Assembly (NCBI GenBank): GCA_023334545.1
Contig: JAADVB010000112.1
Location: 1 to 56,549, forward strand
Length of the DNA stretch: 56,549 bases
Reading direction: 5' to 3'
Origin: Salisapilia sapeloensis CBS 127946
Lineage: Eukaryota > Protista > Oomycota
Shown: positions 10,500 to 21,421 of the stretch, in pieces
How positions within the stretch are numbered: the first letter of the stretch is position 1
How the letters are laid out: every line of letters starts with the position of its first letter
Made by a program: the position numbers and the translations under genes
Notes under the pieces: model-generated
The model's database searches: none
What the model saw: the letters and a program-made list of their open reading frames with translations, nothing else
Told to the model about the DNA's origin: nothing

Positions 10500-13400
10500 A
10501 TGTCCAATCTCCAATCACTGGAATACTTGTCTCCAACATTTCGCCAACATGCCTCTTCTCATAATGATTACGAAACCGTTACGAACTTATATCGGCTACG
10601 ACAAGATCAAGTCGAAAGTATCAAAACAAAGAAAAGAGAGTGGAAGATGGATCGAAGTGACCGGACCGACGGGAGTGCCAATGCCTCCAACGCTGCATCG
10701 AATGGCAGCTCCGACCTGCATTTAAATATACCTCTTCGAAATCAAGGTCGGAGTCGTCGAAATAATCGTGGCAACCGTCGGAGCCGTAAACCGGAGAAGA
10801 CGTCTGCAGCTTCGATGAGGACTCCACCAACGCATGAACTCACAGAGATCGACAAGATCATACATGCTATCCAAACGAATGATATGAACCAATTTCAGTT
10901 GCTCTTAAAGTCTGATAAGGTAAATGTCGAGGAGGAATCGTCGAATGGCGATACACTGCTTGGAGAAGCATGTCGCTATGCTCGCGTCGACATGGTAAAA
11001 TTGCTCGTGACAGACCATCACGCTGACGTGAACAAATACTCTTCTCTCATGGGATATGCAGCACGTAAAGCACCACCAATCGTCCTGGCAATTATCACTC
11101 TAAATGAAGAAGTTGTGGAGCTGCTACTATCTGCAGACCCGAAGCAGTCAGTGGATCTAATGAGTTTCAAGGCATGGAACTGGAGTGTTCTCGTTCCGAT
11201 CGTCTACTTTAGTCGGTACGTCGGCCATACAGCGGACCAGAATGACCATGCGAATCGGATTCTAGAGCGACTGCTTCAGTACGCAGAGGACACAGATCAG
11301 TTAGAGGACTTGGTCCAGATGAAATTCTCGGATGGCTCCACTCTGCTGCATCTAGCAGCTCAGATGATGCAGCCTACCATGGTACAACTCTTGATAGCAA
11401 AAGGTGCCAAGGCAGATGAACAGGATGAAAGTGGTAAGACGCCGCTGTTAATGCTCGACCAAGCCTCCTTGAAAAGGAAAAAGATGACGAATCCGCTAGC
11501 GATCGGTATCTCTAACATGTTTAACAAGGACCAAAAAGTTCCGGAATGTGAAGCAGGTACGAAGAGTCTACTATTCCTAGTCATGTATAATATGAAGTGT
11601 AATGCGGGATGTATAGAAAAGCAGCTAAAGCAGATGAACGGGAAAAAGGCATCGAATGAAGATGACAATGAACTGTTAAAGCAAACGCTCTTGGCACTTA
11701 CCCCGTCGCTTGGTATGTGCAGAAATAAAGAGATACGTTAGACCTAAATAACTAACCGATGGACATATAGGCGTGAGTGTGGTGATGGAGAAAACCGTTC
11801 GGAATGTCTTTATCAAAGGTCTCATACTCAGCCATTTCACTATCCCAGTGATTGCAAATGAAGTACGTTCCACATCCAGTCTTCTGTATACTCGAGTAAC
11901 TAAAGCGTGGTGTAGATTTGTGCTTTGCCATTGGCTCATGAGATCAAGGACGATCGCCTAGGTGGAATGATTAAAGCCGTGACAAAGCTTCAAAACAAGT
12001 ATGCGACTGGGAAGCCAGCTTTCCAGACCTTGTGGCTCTCTGCCTTGCGGATGGCGCCACCCGAGACGAAGAACAAGAAGAAGAAACAGTCGGCGGACGT
12101 ACAGAAAGATGGACAATTGGAACCACTGACGCCAGATGCGTTAGCCATGGTTTTCAACGAGCTCTTGAGAACACGTAGCCTTCCTCGACAGGTCAAAGTC
12201 TGGACAATGGTCCTCTTACGTCTTTTGAGCTGCCCTGATGCCGAAACGGATTCAATCTACACCAGTGGCAAGTTTGAGCATCTCATGCGGGCGATCTATG
12301 AAGCAGGCGTCAAGCTCATGTTCTACATCTTTGATCGAACGCACGTGGAAGACGATGAAAGCTACGAGGAGGATCTAGAAATTGACATGATCGTTGCCTT
12401 GATGGGTCTCTTCCTCCAACTCCTTCCGTCCTATTTGTCTACGTTATCGGATCCAAAAGAGATCAGTAAAACGTTTGACCAAATCGTTCGTCCAGTTGAA
12501 GACTTGTGGCCGTTACTTGAGGCTGGACTCGACGTCCTTCGATCGTCCAATCTGTCTCCCCAGCGATTCACGTTGCTCATCCACACGCTCCAGATCACGT
12601 CTCAGCTGCGTGCCGCGTTCAAGTCAAAGCATGCAAAGAAGAGTATCGCAAAGCTAAATTCGATCGTCGATCAGCTGCGTGGTCAGATGAGGAAGAAGAC
12701 AAGCTCGGATGAAGATGAAGTGAGCCAACTCCGCGTCTTCCATCGTGTCGCACAGAGCTTCTTGCCATTGCCGCGAGATTTTGTGAATCACATAGAAAAC
12801 ATTAAATATGCGTTGGACCTGCTCCTACGATCCGACCCGAAGCTCTTGGGGATGGATCTGTATGCTTTAGCTCGGGTTGAAGGTCTGGTGCGTCTGGAGC
12901 ACAAGGTCGACTACTTGGGTCTTTTGGCGGAAGAAAGCAGGTATGGATTTTCACTCACGGTCAGTCGAGCGTCTGCCGCGAGTCTCGTGGACTTTATCGC
13001 GAATCAGATCTTGGCCGCAAAGCCTCGGTCGTTGCGTGCCGAGACGAACGTCTCGTTGTTGAATGAACCTGGCGTCGGTGTCGGTGTCTTGCGAGAGTTC
13101 TTTTTGATCGTTCAAACGTGCTTCTTCCGGACGTTGCCATTCCCATCAACAAAGGAAGCAGAGACGAAATCCAGCCTGCAAATACATCGACAATGGGCTA
13201 CAGCTGACAAGAGTGAAGAGTCTGTGGGCGAAACGTCATCAGCAGAACTGATAAAGCAGATGAAGGAAGGAAAGCGCGTGAGTTGGACTAGTATGGACAC
13301 GTACTTGCCTCACTTTCCGCTGTTTGCCTACTGTTTCGATGATCCTGAACGTCATGAACAGGTACGTGTGACACCATGGAACTTGGTCGTTTCGAAAGGC

Positions 13401-14440
13401 ACCGACACGACGTCTCCGACATTTGTATTGAAAAAGGAGCAATGTCTGCAAGATGATATGAATCAGAGGAAGAGTCGAGAACTCATGTATCGATGTGTCG
13501 GACGTTTGATCGGTCTGGCGATTCGTAATCACCAGCCATTGAACGTCCTTCTTCCAATTGCTTTCTGGAAGTTTGTTTTGCAGGAACGTATTACATGGCA
13601 AGAATACTGCGCAAATGATACACAGCTCATCGATAGTCTGCAGCATGTCCTAGACTTTGATTTTGATAAGGACGACTTGGATCTCACGTTCACATACGCA
13701 TCCAAGGTCGATATTGTCGACAAGGATCGCAAGATCGGAGAGAAGACTGTAGATATCGAGTTGAAAAGCGGATTCGGAGATACGCCCGTGACGAATGCTA
13801 CTAAAAAAGACTATGTGGAACTACGCGCCAAGCAGCATTTCTTCAGGCACGAGTACGAGTGCTATAAGAAGATGAAGGATGGGCTGTTGGAGAGCATTCC
13901 TAAGTCCGACTTAGCACTCTTTACGCCGCGAGAGCTCCAGAAAATCGCTCTCGGATCGAGAGAAATCGACTTTGTAGTGCTCAAAGATCTGGTCGTCACG
14001 CCTCTTGCGTCTCAAGTCATCGTCGGTCGCTTCTGGGACGTTGTCGAACAGTTTGAACAGACCAAGCGGCGTATGCTACTGACATTCTGGAGTGGCAGTC
14101 CGCAGCCACCACTCTTTGGATTCGGTAGTGGACCTGGGCACCGAGCGTTGAATGCCGTACGTGTGCATACATTCGATTAGACTAGATAGCGCTGACGCTA
14201 TGCTTATATAGGACTCTTCCGAATGGTTCTTGGAAGTCGACACTACACTCAGGAAAGAGTCATGTCCGATGGCGAACACATGGTAAACATCTATCCCTAT
14301 CTTGCAACCAGAATGTATTGCTGATATGTGCATGTAGCGAGCGACGATTGATCCTCCCGCCGTATGACTCGAAGGAGACTCTACAGGAGAAGCTGGAGAT
14401 TGCGTTGGAGCATGGTGCCGTCGGGTATGATAGAATGTAG
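10500..14440 (+). CDS. Ankyrin-repeat + HECT E3 ubiquitin ligase (HACE1-like architecture), 5 exons
   Basis: Ankyrin motifs GDTLLGEAC, GSTLLHLAA and GKTPL. GT-AG introns 11713-11770, 11863-11915, 14157-14211 and 14283-14337 join the ORFs in frame and restore the HECT C-lobe CPMANTC|ERRLILPPYDSKETLQEKLEIALEHGAVGYDRM* with the catalytic Cys. The start codon is uncertain. Confidence 0.88.
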
Positions 14441-14553
14441 TTGCATCGAGCAAACGAAATACAGCATCTCTGCTTGTCTTTTCTTTGGATCTTAAGGACA
14501 GTAGAGGAAGAATAGAACCACAAGATACGAGTAGCAAGATGAAAGGGAACATA

Positions 14554-15380
14554 TTACGTCGAGTCTGTCTGTCGAGGGCTTGGGACTCTTCCAGGCGCTC
14601 GAAAACGCGCCGGCTGGTTACTCGTGTTTGATGTGTTTGGAATGGCGTTGTATCCACGGCGAGGTTGGGATAACTGCTGAGAAGGATGGTAGCGTCCATA
14701 CCCAAAGAGACTGGCAAAAAAGTCGTACAAGAGGTAGAAGGGGAAGCAAAGGAGGAAAATCATCGCATGGACGTAGTAGTTTTCACGGAACTTGGTCATC
14801 ATGCTAAAGGCATTCGACTTGAGTGATGAGAGTGACCAGTCTACAAGATACATAAAGGTACGTATGGGAGGAAGTAGCCGATGGAAGCGGAATTTCATAC
14901 CTTGAGGAGGTGGAGAGCGTACTTGCGTGCCAAATAATTGAACCACTCCATCGCGTGGCCACGAATCTCCTTTGTGAAGGATCTTGCCTCGATAGATAAG
15001 TCGTGCCTGACGCCTATAGATACAAAGGGCGATTACTATGTTACACTGGACCATCCGATTGTACTCGATTCTTACAGCTTGAAGAGCTTCGAAAGTTGGT
15101 TTGGTGCATCCTGGATGAATAAAGAGCCCCGCTCAAAGATGTATGTGACGTTGCAAAAGCGGACGTGAGCTGGAGATACTGTCGGTGCGGGGGATACCGG
15201 GGGCAAAAGTTCCACGACGCGCTTGGTCTTGCGTTGACAGCTCGGACATCGATTCTTATACGTCGGCTGCAGCTCTTCACAGAGACACTCGAGGCAACAC
15301 TCGTGACCACACTCGAGAATACCTCGGTGGCTCGATAGACTCTCTGCACAGATCCAACACTTGTCTTCCTGAAGTGCCAT
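14554..15380 (-). CDS. C3HC4 RING finger + ubiquitin-like domain + C-terminal TM segment
   Basis: CWIC...CGHECCLEC...CPSC; intron 15014-15075 joins FKL|RQARLIYRGKIL (ubiquitin-like motif); hydrophobic AMIFLLCFPFYLLYDFFASLFG. Confidence 0.78.
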
Positions 15381-15551
15381 GAAGCAGTTTCGATTGTGTC
15401 CGTGCTCGTGTCCAAGGTGGTATATATTTCAACCAATCTCTGATCAGAAATGTGATTTTCTGTCAATGAGTAATGGACTGGAGGGAAGATCCTGAAGAGA
15501 CGCTGTCAATCTACTTCAAATTCGTTCGGAGAGTCGCATCAACTGGAGACG

Positions 15552-16186
15552 ATGGTTGCTACGATCGATACGACCGAGCTATCCAATGCGAAGAATAGGT
15601 TTGAAAGCATTTTGATGAAAGATTCTCGTGTCAATAAAGTTTCAATGTGGCTTGTTGACGCTAGACCCACGACGACCAAGATGAAGCAGATTGTGGCCAA
15701 CATTCTAAAGACCAAGCTCACCGATGCCGTCTACCAGTCCGACAAAGTATCAATATTGACAAAGGAAATTGCAGACGACATTAAGTCCCAGCTGAAAGGT
15801 TTTCATCGCTCTACTTACACCTAATGAACAGTTAAAAAGTAGTTGAAGCTAATCAACTACATTACCACACAACGTAGCTGGTAACTATCCAAGGTGCAAG
15901 TATGTCGTACAGGTCGTGATCGGAGAGCAGCGAGGAGAAGGCGTGAGGTATCATGCATACAAGACACCCTTTACAAACCTAGTGAAACTGTTCAAAACTG
16001 TTCTAGGATGGGCTGTCGTTGCTTTTGGGACCCAGAGACTGATAGCTACGCATCAGAGACATTTGCAAACGTATTCTTTCGGATTTGTGGTTCTTAACTA
16101 AATACTAACACGTGCATCTGTGGTATCATGGGCTGTAGGACAGCATCTTTTGCGTCGCGACAGCATATAGCGTCTATCTATACTAA
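15552..16186 (+). CDS. TCTEX1D2: Tctex1-domain dynein light chain, TCTEX1D2/DYNLT2B-like (IFT dynein), multi-exon
   Basis: Exon fragments LTKEIADDIKSQLK, VQVVIGEQRGEGVR, MGCRCFWDPETDSYASETFAN and DSIFCVATAYSVYLY* match the order and content of TCTEX1D2. Confidence 0.88.
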
Positions 16187-17512
16187 CTTTGATCAGTAAC
16201 AAGCTTTCTTATCATTTCCGCTACCTGAGCAGTTGACTAGGACGTTTCTCTCTTTAATTTAATTAATTCACTACTAAAGCCAAAGCACAGGGATTTAAGT
16301 AAAAGTCCAAGCTAAGTGTGTTGGAATTTCGGAGCTTGTCGGAATGAACTAATCCTCCGTCAAATGCGCATTCTTTGATACAGATAACTTTTAAATCGTG
16401 TTCGTTGAGCAGAAAATCGGGAGTTATGCGAGAAATAATAGATATTAATCGAGCAAACACGAGAAAACCTTAATCAGTATTATGCGTCGATATTCACCCT
16501 TTTCCTAATCGACGAAAGAGGAAGATGGTTTGAAGGGTATTCCGATTCAGGCCTAATTCGCTCTGAAAACGTTATCTATATGTTGCAATTTCCAGATCAT
16601 GCGACAGCGAGCATGATGATCAAAACGCCAATTTTAACAGAGGATGCAGCATAAGCGAGGAGCTGGACCAACTATACGAAGCGTCATCTCCATTGCCAGT
16701 ACCAAACACTTGCTTTTGCGCTCCTAGGTTGATGGGAAAGTTATATTGAAGTGCTTTGTTAGGTTTTCAATTGCAAGCGGCACAACAAAATCGGCAATTC
16801 TCAACGAACGCGGCATTGCCCGATTCGATTTTCGCTAATTAAGCTGCACAATCTCGATATTCAATTATGCTGAATCGGTATACTGCGCGAACATGGCCTA
16901 CGCTTTTATTTTCCAACTTTCGACAGTAAATACAGCGAGCGTGCAGATCAGGCGATAACACATCGGACAGCCTTCATGTAGGACTCCTTGTGTAATGACA
17001 AGTCGAATCAAAACTCTTTCTCACCTCAATACGATTACCACGCAGTTGTAGTGGCACCATTTTAATACACGGATGACTAAATTATGGTTTATGTCTCAGA
17101 CGCGTATATTGACACCATCCAGTGTCCAGTCAGCGTTATACTTCTTCCAGCAAAACTTGGCAAAAGATGACAAGATCGAGACCGTGCACTAGATCCTAAA
17201 AATGTCCTTCATTTCTTCAAGAGCAGCTTTATATATTCTTATCATCTTGCTTCTCTATTTCGACGGAACTCGCAGACAAAGTCTTTGCTTGCTTTATCCA
17301 CTGTCTTGACGAAGCAAAAGTGCCACCGGCATATCATCTACTTTTTTGTTCACCATGATATACCTATCCGTTTACACATATAATCCAAAAGCTGCTGTGT
17401 GCCAGTGAATGGCAAGATGCACAGCTGCGATTGAAGCGACATTTACAATAAGCAATAGCAAAATCAAGGTAGTAGTGATCATGTTTGCTTTCATCTATTC
17501 GCTGTTTGCATT

Positions 17513-18151
17513 CTATAGAGCCACGTGCTCAAACGTTTGATTGAATAGTGTCGTGAAGGCATCCTCGATATTTACTCCCGTGCAAGCTGATACTTCAAAG
17601 TACTTCCAGTTGTATCTTGAAGCAAATTGCCGACCTTCGGCCTCTGTCACTGTCCTCATCTTGTCCACTTTATTCGCACACAAGACGCATGGTAATGTCC
17701 CAACGTCTGCCCCATACTCTCGAGCTTCCCAAATCCATGTATCAAGTGCTTCAAAGCTAGCTCGAGAAGTTACATCATACACGATGAAGGCTCCTTGCGT
17801 GTCCTTATAAAACTCATTACGTATTTCCTTAAACTCTGGAGCTCCAGATATATCCCAAAAGTTAATGTGCACTCGTTCCTTCCTACCACTCTTTGGATGT
17901 TTCAGATAGATCGGTCGGACACCATAGTCGATGCCAATGGTCGAAATGTACTTGGACACAAATTTGCCTTCACAGAACCGCTTGATCGCACAGCTTTTAC
18001 CGACATTGGAAGACCCGAGGGATAGAATTTTCATTCGATGTGGCGGCATGAAAACATTTTCATCACGTTGCGACTCAGCTCTGTCGTTCGTGCTAGTCGG
18101 AACTGGCGTCGACCCGATCGAAGAAGTATCGGAGAATCGGCGTAACAGCAT
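17513..18151 (-). CDS. RJL: RJL-family small GTPase (DNAJC27/RBJ-like, without a J domain)
   Basis: KILSLGSSNVGKSCAIKRFCEGKFVSKYISTIGIDYGV, FWDISGAPEFKEIRNEFYKDTQG and ANKVD. It lacks the catalytic Gln and a C-terminal prenylation motif, as is typical of RJL. Confidence 0.88.
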   Translation of the reverse strand: MLLRRFSDTSSIGSTPVPTSTNDRAESQRDENVFMPPHRMKILSLGSSNVGKSCAIKRFCEGKFVSKYISTIGIDYGVRPIYLKHPKSGRKERVHINFWDISGAPEFKEIRNEFYKDTQGAFIVYDVTSRASFEALDTWIWEAREYGADVGTLPCVLCANKVDKMRTVTEAEGRQFASRYNWKYFEVSACTGVNIEDAFTTLFNQTFEHVAL

Positions 18152-18530
18152 GCTTCTGAAGAAAATGTGAGCATGGAAAGTCTAATTCTGGACGAAACCT
18201 CGGACAAGAGTGGATACTTGTATATTTGCGACCTAGGTACAGTCCACATGTAAATCAAGTACCGTGTCACGCCAGCTGACTCCATCGTCCCATTAAAAAG
18301 GATGGATGTGCATACTTAATGTAAGATGAACAAGCTCTAGTTTTATGAGTTGACATCCCATCCATCCCTAAGTCGACACAACACTCCTGAAAGCCGGAAC
18401 GAGCTGCAGAAGTCGACCCAGTCGTTGCCTACGCGACTCGTCCATTGACTCATTTGCATTCGTGACCGCCTCTGAAAGTTTATATCCTCGTCGCAATCAG
18501 TGTACCACATTCCAACTTGCACCGACACGA

Positions 18531-21300
18531 ATGGGCGTTGCTACTGTCGAGAGCGAGAACAATGACTTGGTGTTGTCCGACGTTGTCGATGATGCTCACC
18601 TTCAAGCACTCTTTTTGCAGTACCTCTCTACACATGATAAGAAGGCCTTTGCACGCATGCTATTTCTGTAAGACTCCACAAATAACACTATCTCATTGCT
18701 CTAGTTTAACATTCATTGTCAATAGCGTAAGCGTGGATGAGTTCAAGAAAATGTTTCCTACCGCCAGTCCTGAAGTCGGAAACAACTCCTACGATGACAC
18801 TTATGACCTGTCTGCATCGCAAGACTTTACTCAGACTCTCCGGTACAAGTACGCTCGTAAGATTATCGCCAAGTTCATGGATCAAGACTCCTTCCTTGAC
18901 ATTGCGTCGGACAATCTGCGCATCTTGAACAAAACAGTGTGGAGCTTTGGCCATTTCTTACACAATGACTTGCTCATGTGTGCAGCTCTTAGTTCCCAGA
19001 GAGACTTGTTTCAAGATGCAGAACGAGCAGTGGCAGAGTCGTTAGAATCGACCTTACGCGACTTTGCACAGACAGACGAATATGCAGCACTTCGAGCAAA
19101 TGCTCGTATCAGCTACTCTCTCGTAACATCTCCAACCGAGGACACTTTGTCTGAAGTGGATGAAGCAGATTCACCATTTAAATCGTGGACGAAGGAAGCT
19201 GCCCATTTGACACTTGACAAGGTCTTGAACAACCGGAGACTGTGTAGTGTATTCTGGATAGCTTTGTATCGTGAACGACAGCATGCATCCTTAAGTCTAT
19301 ACCTCGACATTCGAGACTACTTGCTACCGGTGCTAGATTCGTTTCTGATAGACGTAGTGTCAGACTCCGAGACGGAATCCGATGCTTCCGACCAAGTGAA
19401 TGACACGCCAGTACGCAATGCACTCGGTCTGCCTCCGAGCAATAACGTATCCGAAGAAGACATCACGAACCGAATTGACCAGATTTTGGATCTCGGGCAG
19501 TCTATTTGTAATAAATACATTGCACCCGATGCTCCTTGTGGGGTATCGTTCGTAGGAGAAGAAGACAGGATACTCCTTTTGGAACTGGAGCAACAGATTA
19601 CAAAGTGTCTCGACATTGGATCCTTCTCATTAACAGATGCAGAGACACTCCGTCGGAACGTGCATAAAGTGTCGAAAGTCATCGAGTACAACTTGCGTGT
19701 GAACCACTTTGTACGGTTCATGAGTAGTGACTCGCTGCAAGCACTAGTGCAGTGCTATCAAGGTCGACTGCTTTGTTCCAGTCCATCGACACGACATCTC
19801 GCGTCGACTCGAGCAAAGGATACGGATCGACAGACGCGAGAGTCGCTTTGGACTGCCAGTCTCTCCGGATCGTCATCTGACTACAGCATGACGACACTCC
19901 AAGAGATGTGTCACTACATGAACGTACCTTCGCATCAACCGCAGCGTCCGAGACTAAAAGAGTACTCTCTCGTGGAGCTCTGGAAGGAAGGTCAGACACA
20001 ACAAGAGTCTCAGCTAGTGAGCAGTGTCCTTACTTTCCACTTGAACACGACCGACAAGGACGCTCCATACATTGCAAAGAAAGAGCTGCATTCACTGGCG
20101 TCCAAGAGCAATGCATTGCATCACCATCACTCGATCCCAGATCATGTCGAAGCCTTCTTTTGTCCGTCGGATGCAAAGGTCATTCGCGCAAAGAAGCGTC
20201 CACTTCCGTCGTTGTTCCACCTGACCATTGGGAACGCAGACAAGTCTTTTTACGCTGCTGTCTTGACAAGGTATGTGCGCCAACCAGAGCAGCAGTTAGG
20301 GCCATTAGAGCTCGTGCTGAGGGAAGAGGAAGGACTGGAAGCGTATCTTCCATGTGGGCTATGTATAATAAGCCGATATCCTATCCTCAATACACTTAAG
20401 CAGAGGCTGGGAGCGTTGCATTCGGTGATGGACGGCGATGCCACGTACTTGGATGATCGAGACTGGACGCCTTCGCCATCTCAGCTCGAGAGTCTTTTAC
20501 GGCCGCTGGACTTTGCACCCATCGTAGTTGAACCGAGTCGAGCTGAAAGGAAACTGCAGTCGTATGTGGACTTTAGCATGCATCCGCTCTTCTCGTGTCT
20601 TCGAGTTGACCTTGTCGTAGATCTAGTGACTGCCTTGTTGATGGAGAGACAAGTAGTGCTGGTCAGTTCACACTACTCGGTGCTGACATCTGCAGGTGAA
20701 ACACTGCGAGCGCTCTTGTGTCCGTTCGTGTGGAGCCATGTATTTGCTCCTGTATTGCCTCGTTCTATGCTCGAGTGTTTACAATGTCCGACGCCGTTTC
20801 TCTTTGGCATCCACTCTAGCTACCGACATGAACTGGACGAGCTACTGGCGAGAGATGATGGTGGTGAAAGTCAGGTCATCGTCGCTGATCTTGACAATGA
20901 CACTATTGTCTATGGAAAGCAAAAAGATACCAGAAGTCGCTCTTTTCTAGAAGCAGAGGAGGTTTATTTACCACAAAACACTCGTGGCACATTAGTCAGT
21001 GAACTGCAAGTTGCACTGCGACCACAAGTAACTCTTAGCGATATCGTGACACTGGATCCGGTGCCAAGTGCACCGAGGGAGTTTCCGGAAACCGAGGTAC
21101 GAAGCTGCTTCCAAAGAGCAATGACGCAGTTGCTATCGATCATAATGCCGTTTCGATTTGTACTTGCGGACGATTTCGACTATGTTGTCGTGTTCGATCG
21201 TCCAGGCTTGCTCCAGACGCTCAATCCAAAGGACGCATCGTTCTACCGGAACTTTTTAGACACGCAAGTGTTTTCGCATCAAATTTCGACAGTCCAGTAA
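18531..21300 (+). CDS. Two RGS-like domains fused to a tripartite DENN (Rab GEF) domain
   Basis: Intron 18668-18725 joins MLFL|VSVDEFK. RGS-like helices: LQALFLQYL...EFK...ARKIIAKFM...LFQDAERAV and LDKVLNN...ICNKYIAPDAP...FVRF. DENN motifs: FYAAVL, LCIISRYP, LMERQVVLVS, FAPVLP...LQCPTPFLFGIH, FYRNFLDTQVF. Confidence 0.82.
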
Positions 21301-21421
21301 GCATAAATAGTGAGAATAGATAGGAAGTGAATGCAAAACGAACGCGTAATTGCTTTTCAAAGTACGATTCGAAAGGGACAAAAAGAAAATCTTATACATG
21401 TAGCTAAAAGCACTTGGTGTC

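Noticed and set aside
18442-18457. CCATTGACTCATTTGC resembling the oomycete Inr+FPR core promoter upstream of the RGS-DENN gene
   Set aside because: The FPR part matches but the Inr part is imperfect; too short to support without TSS data.
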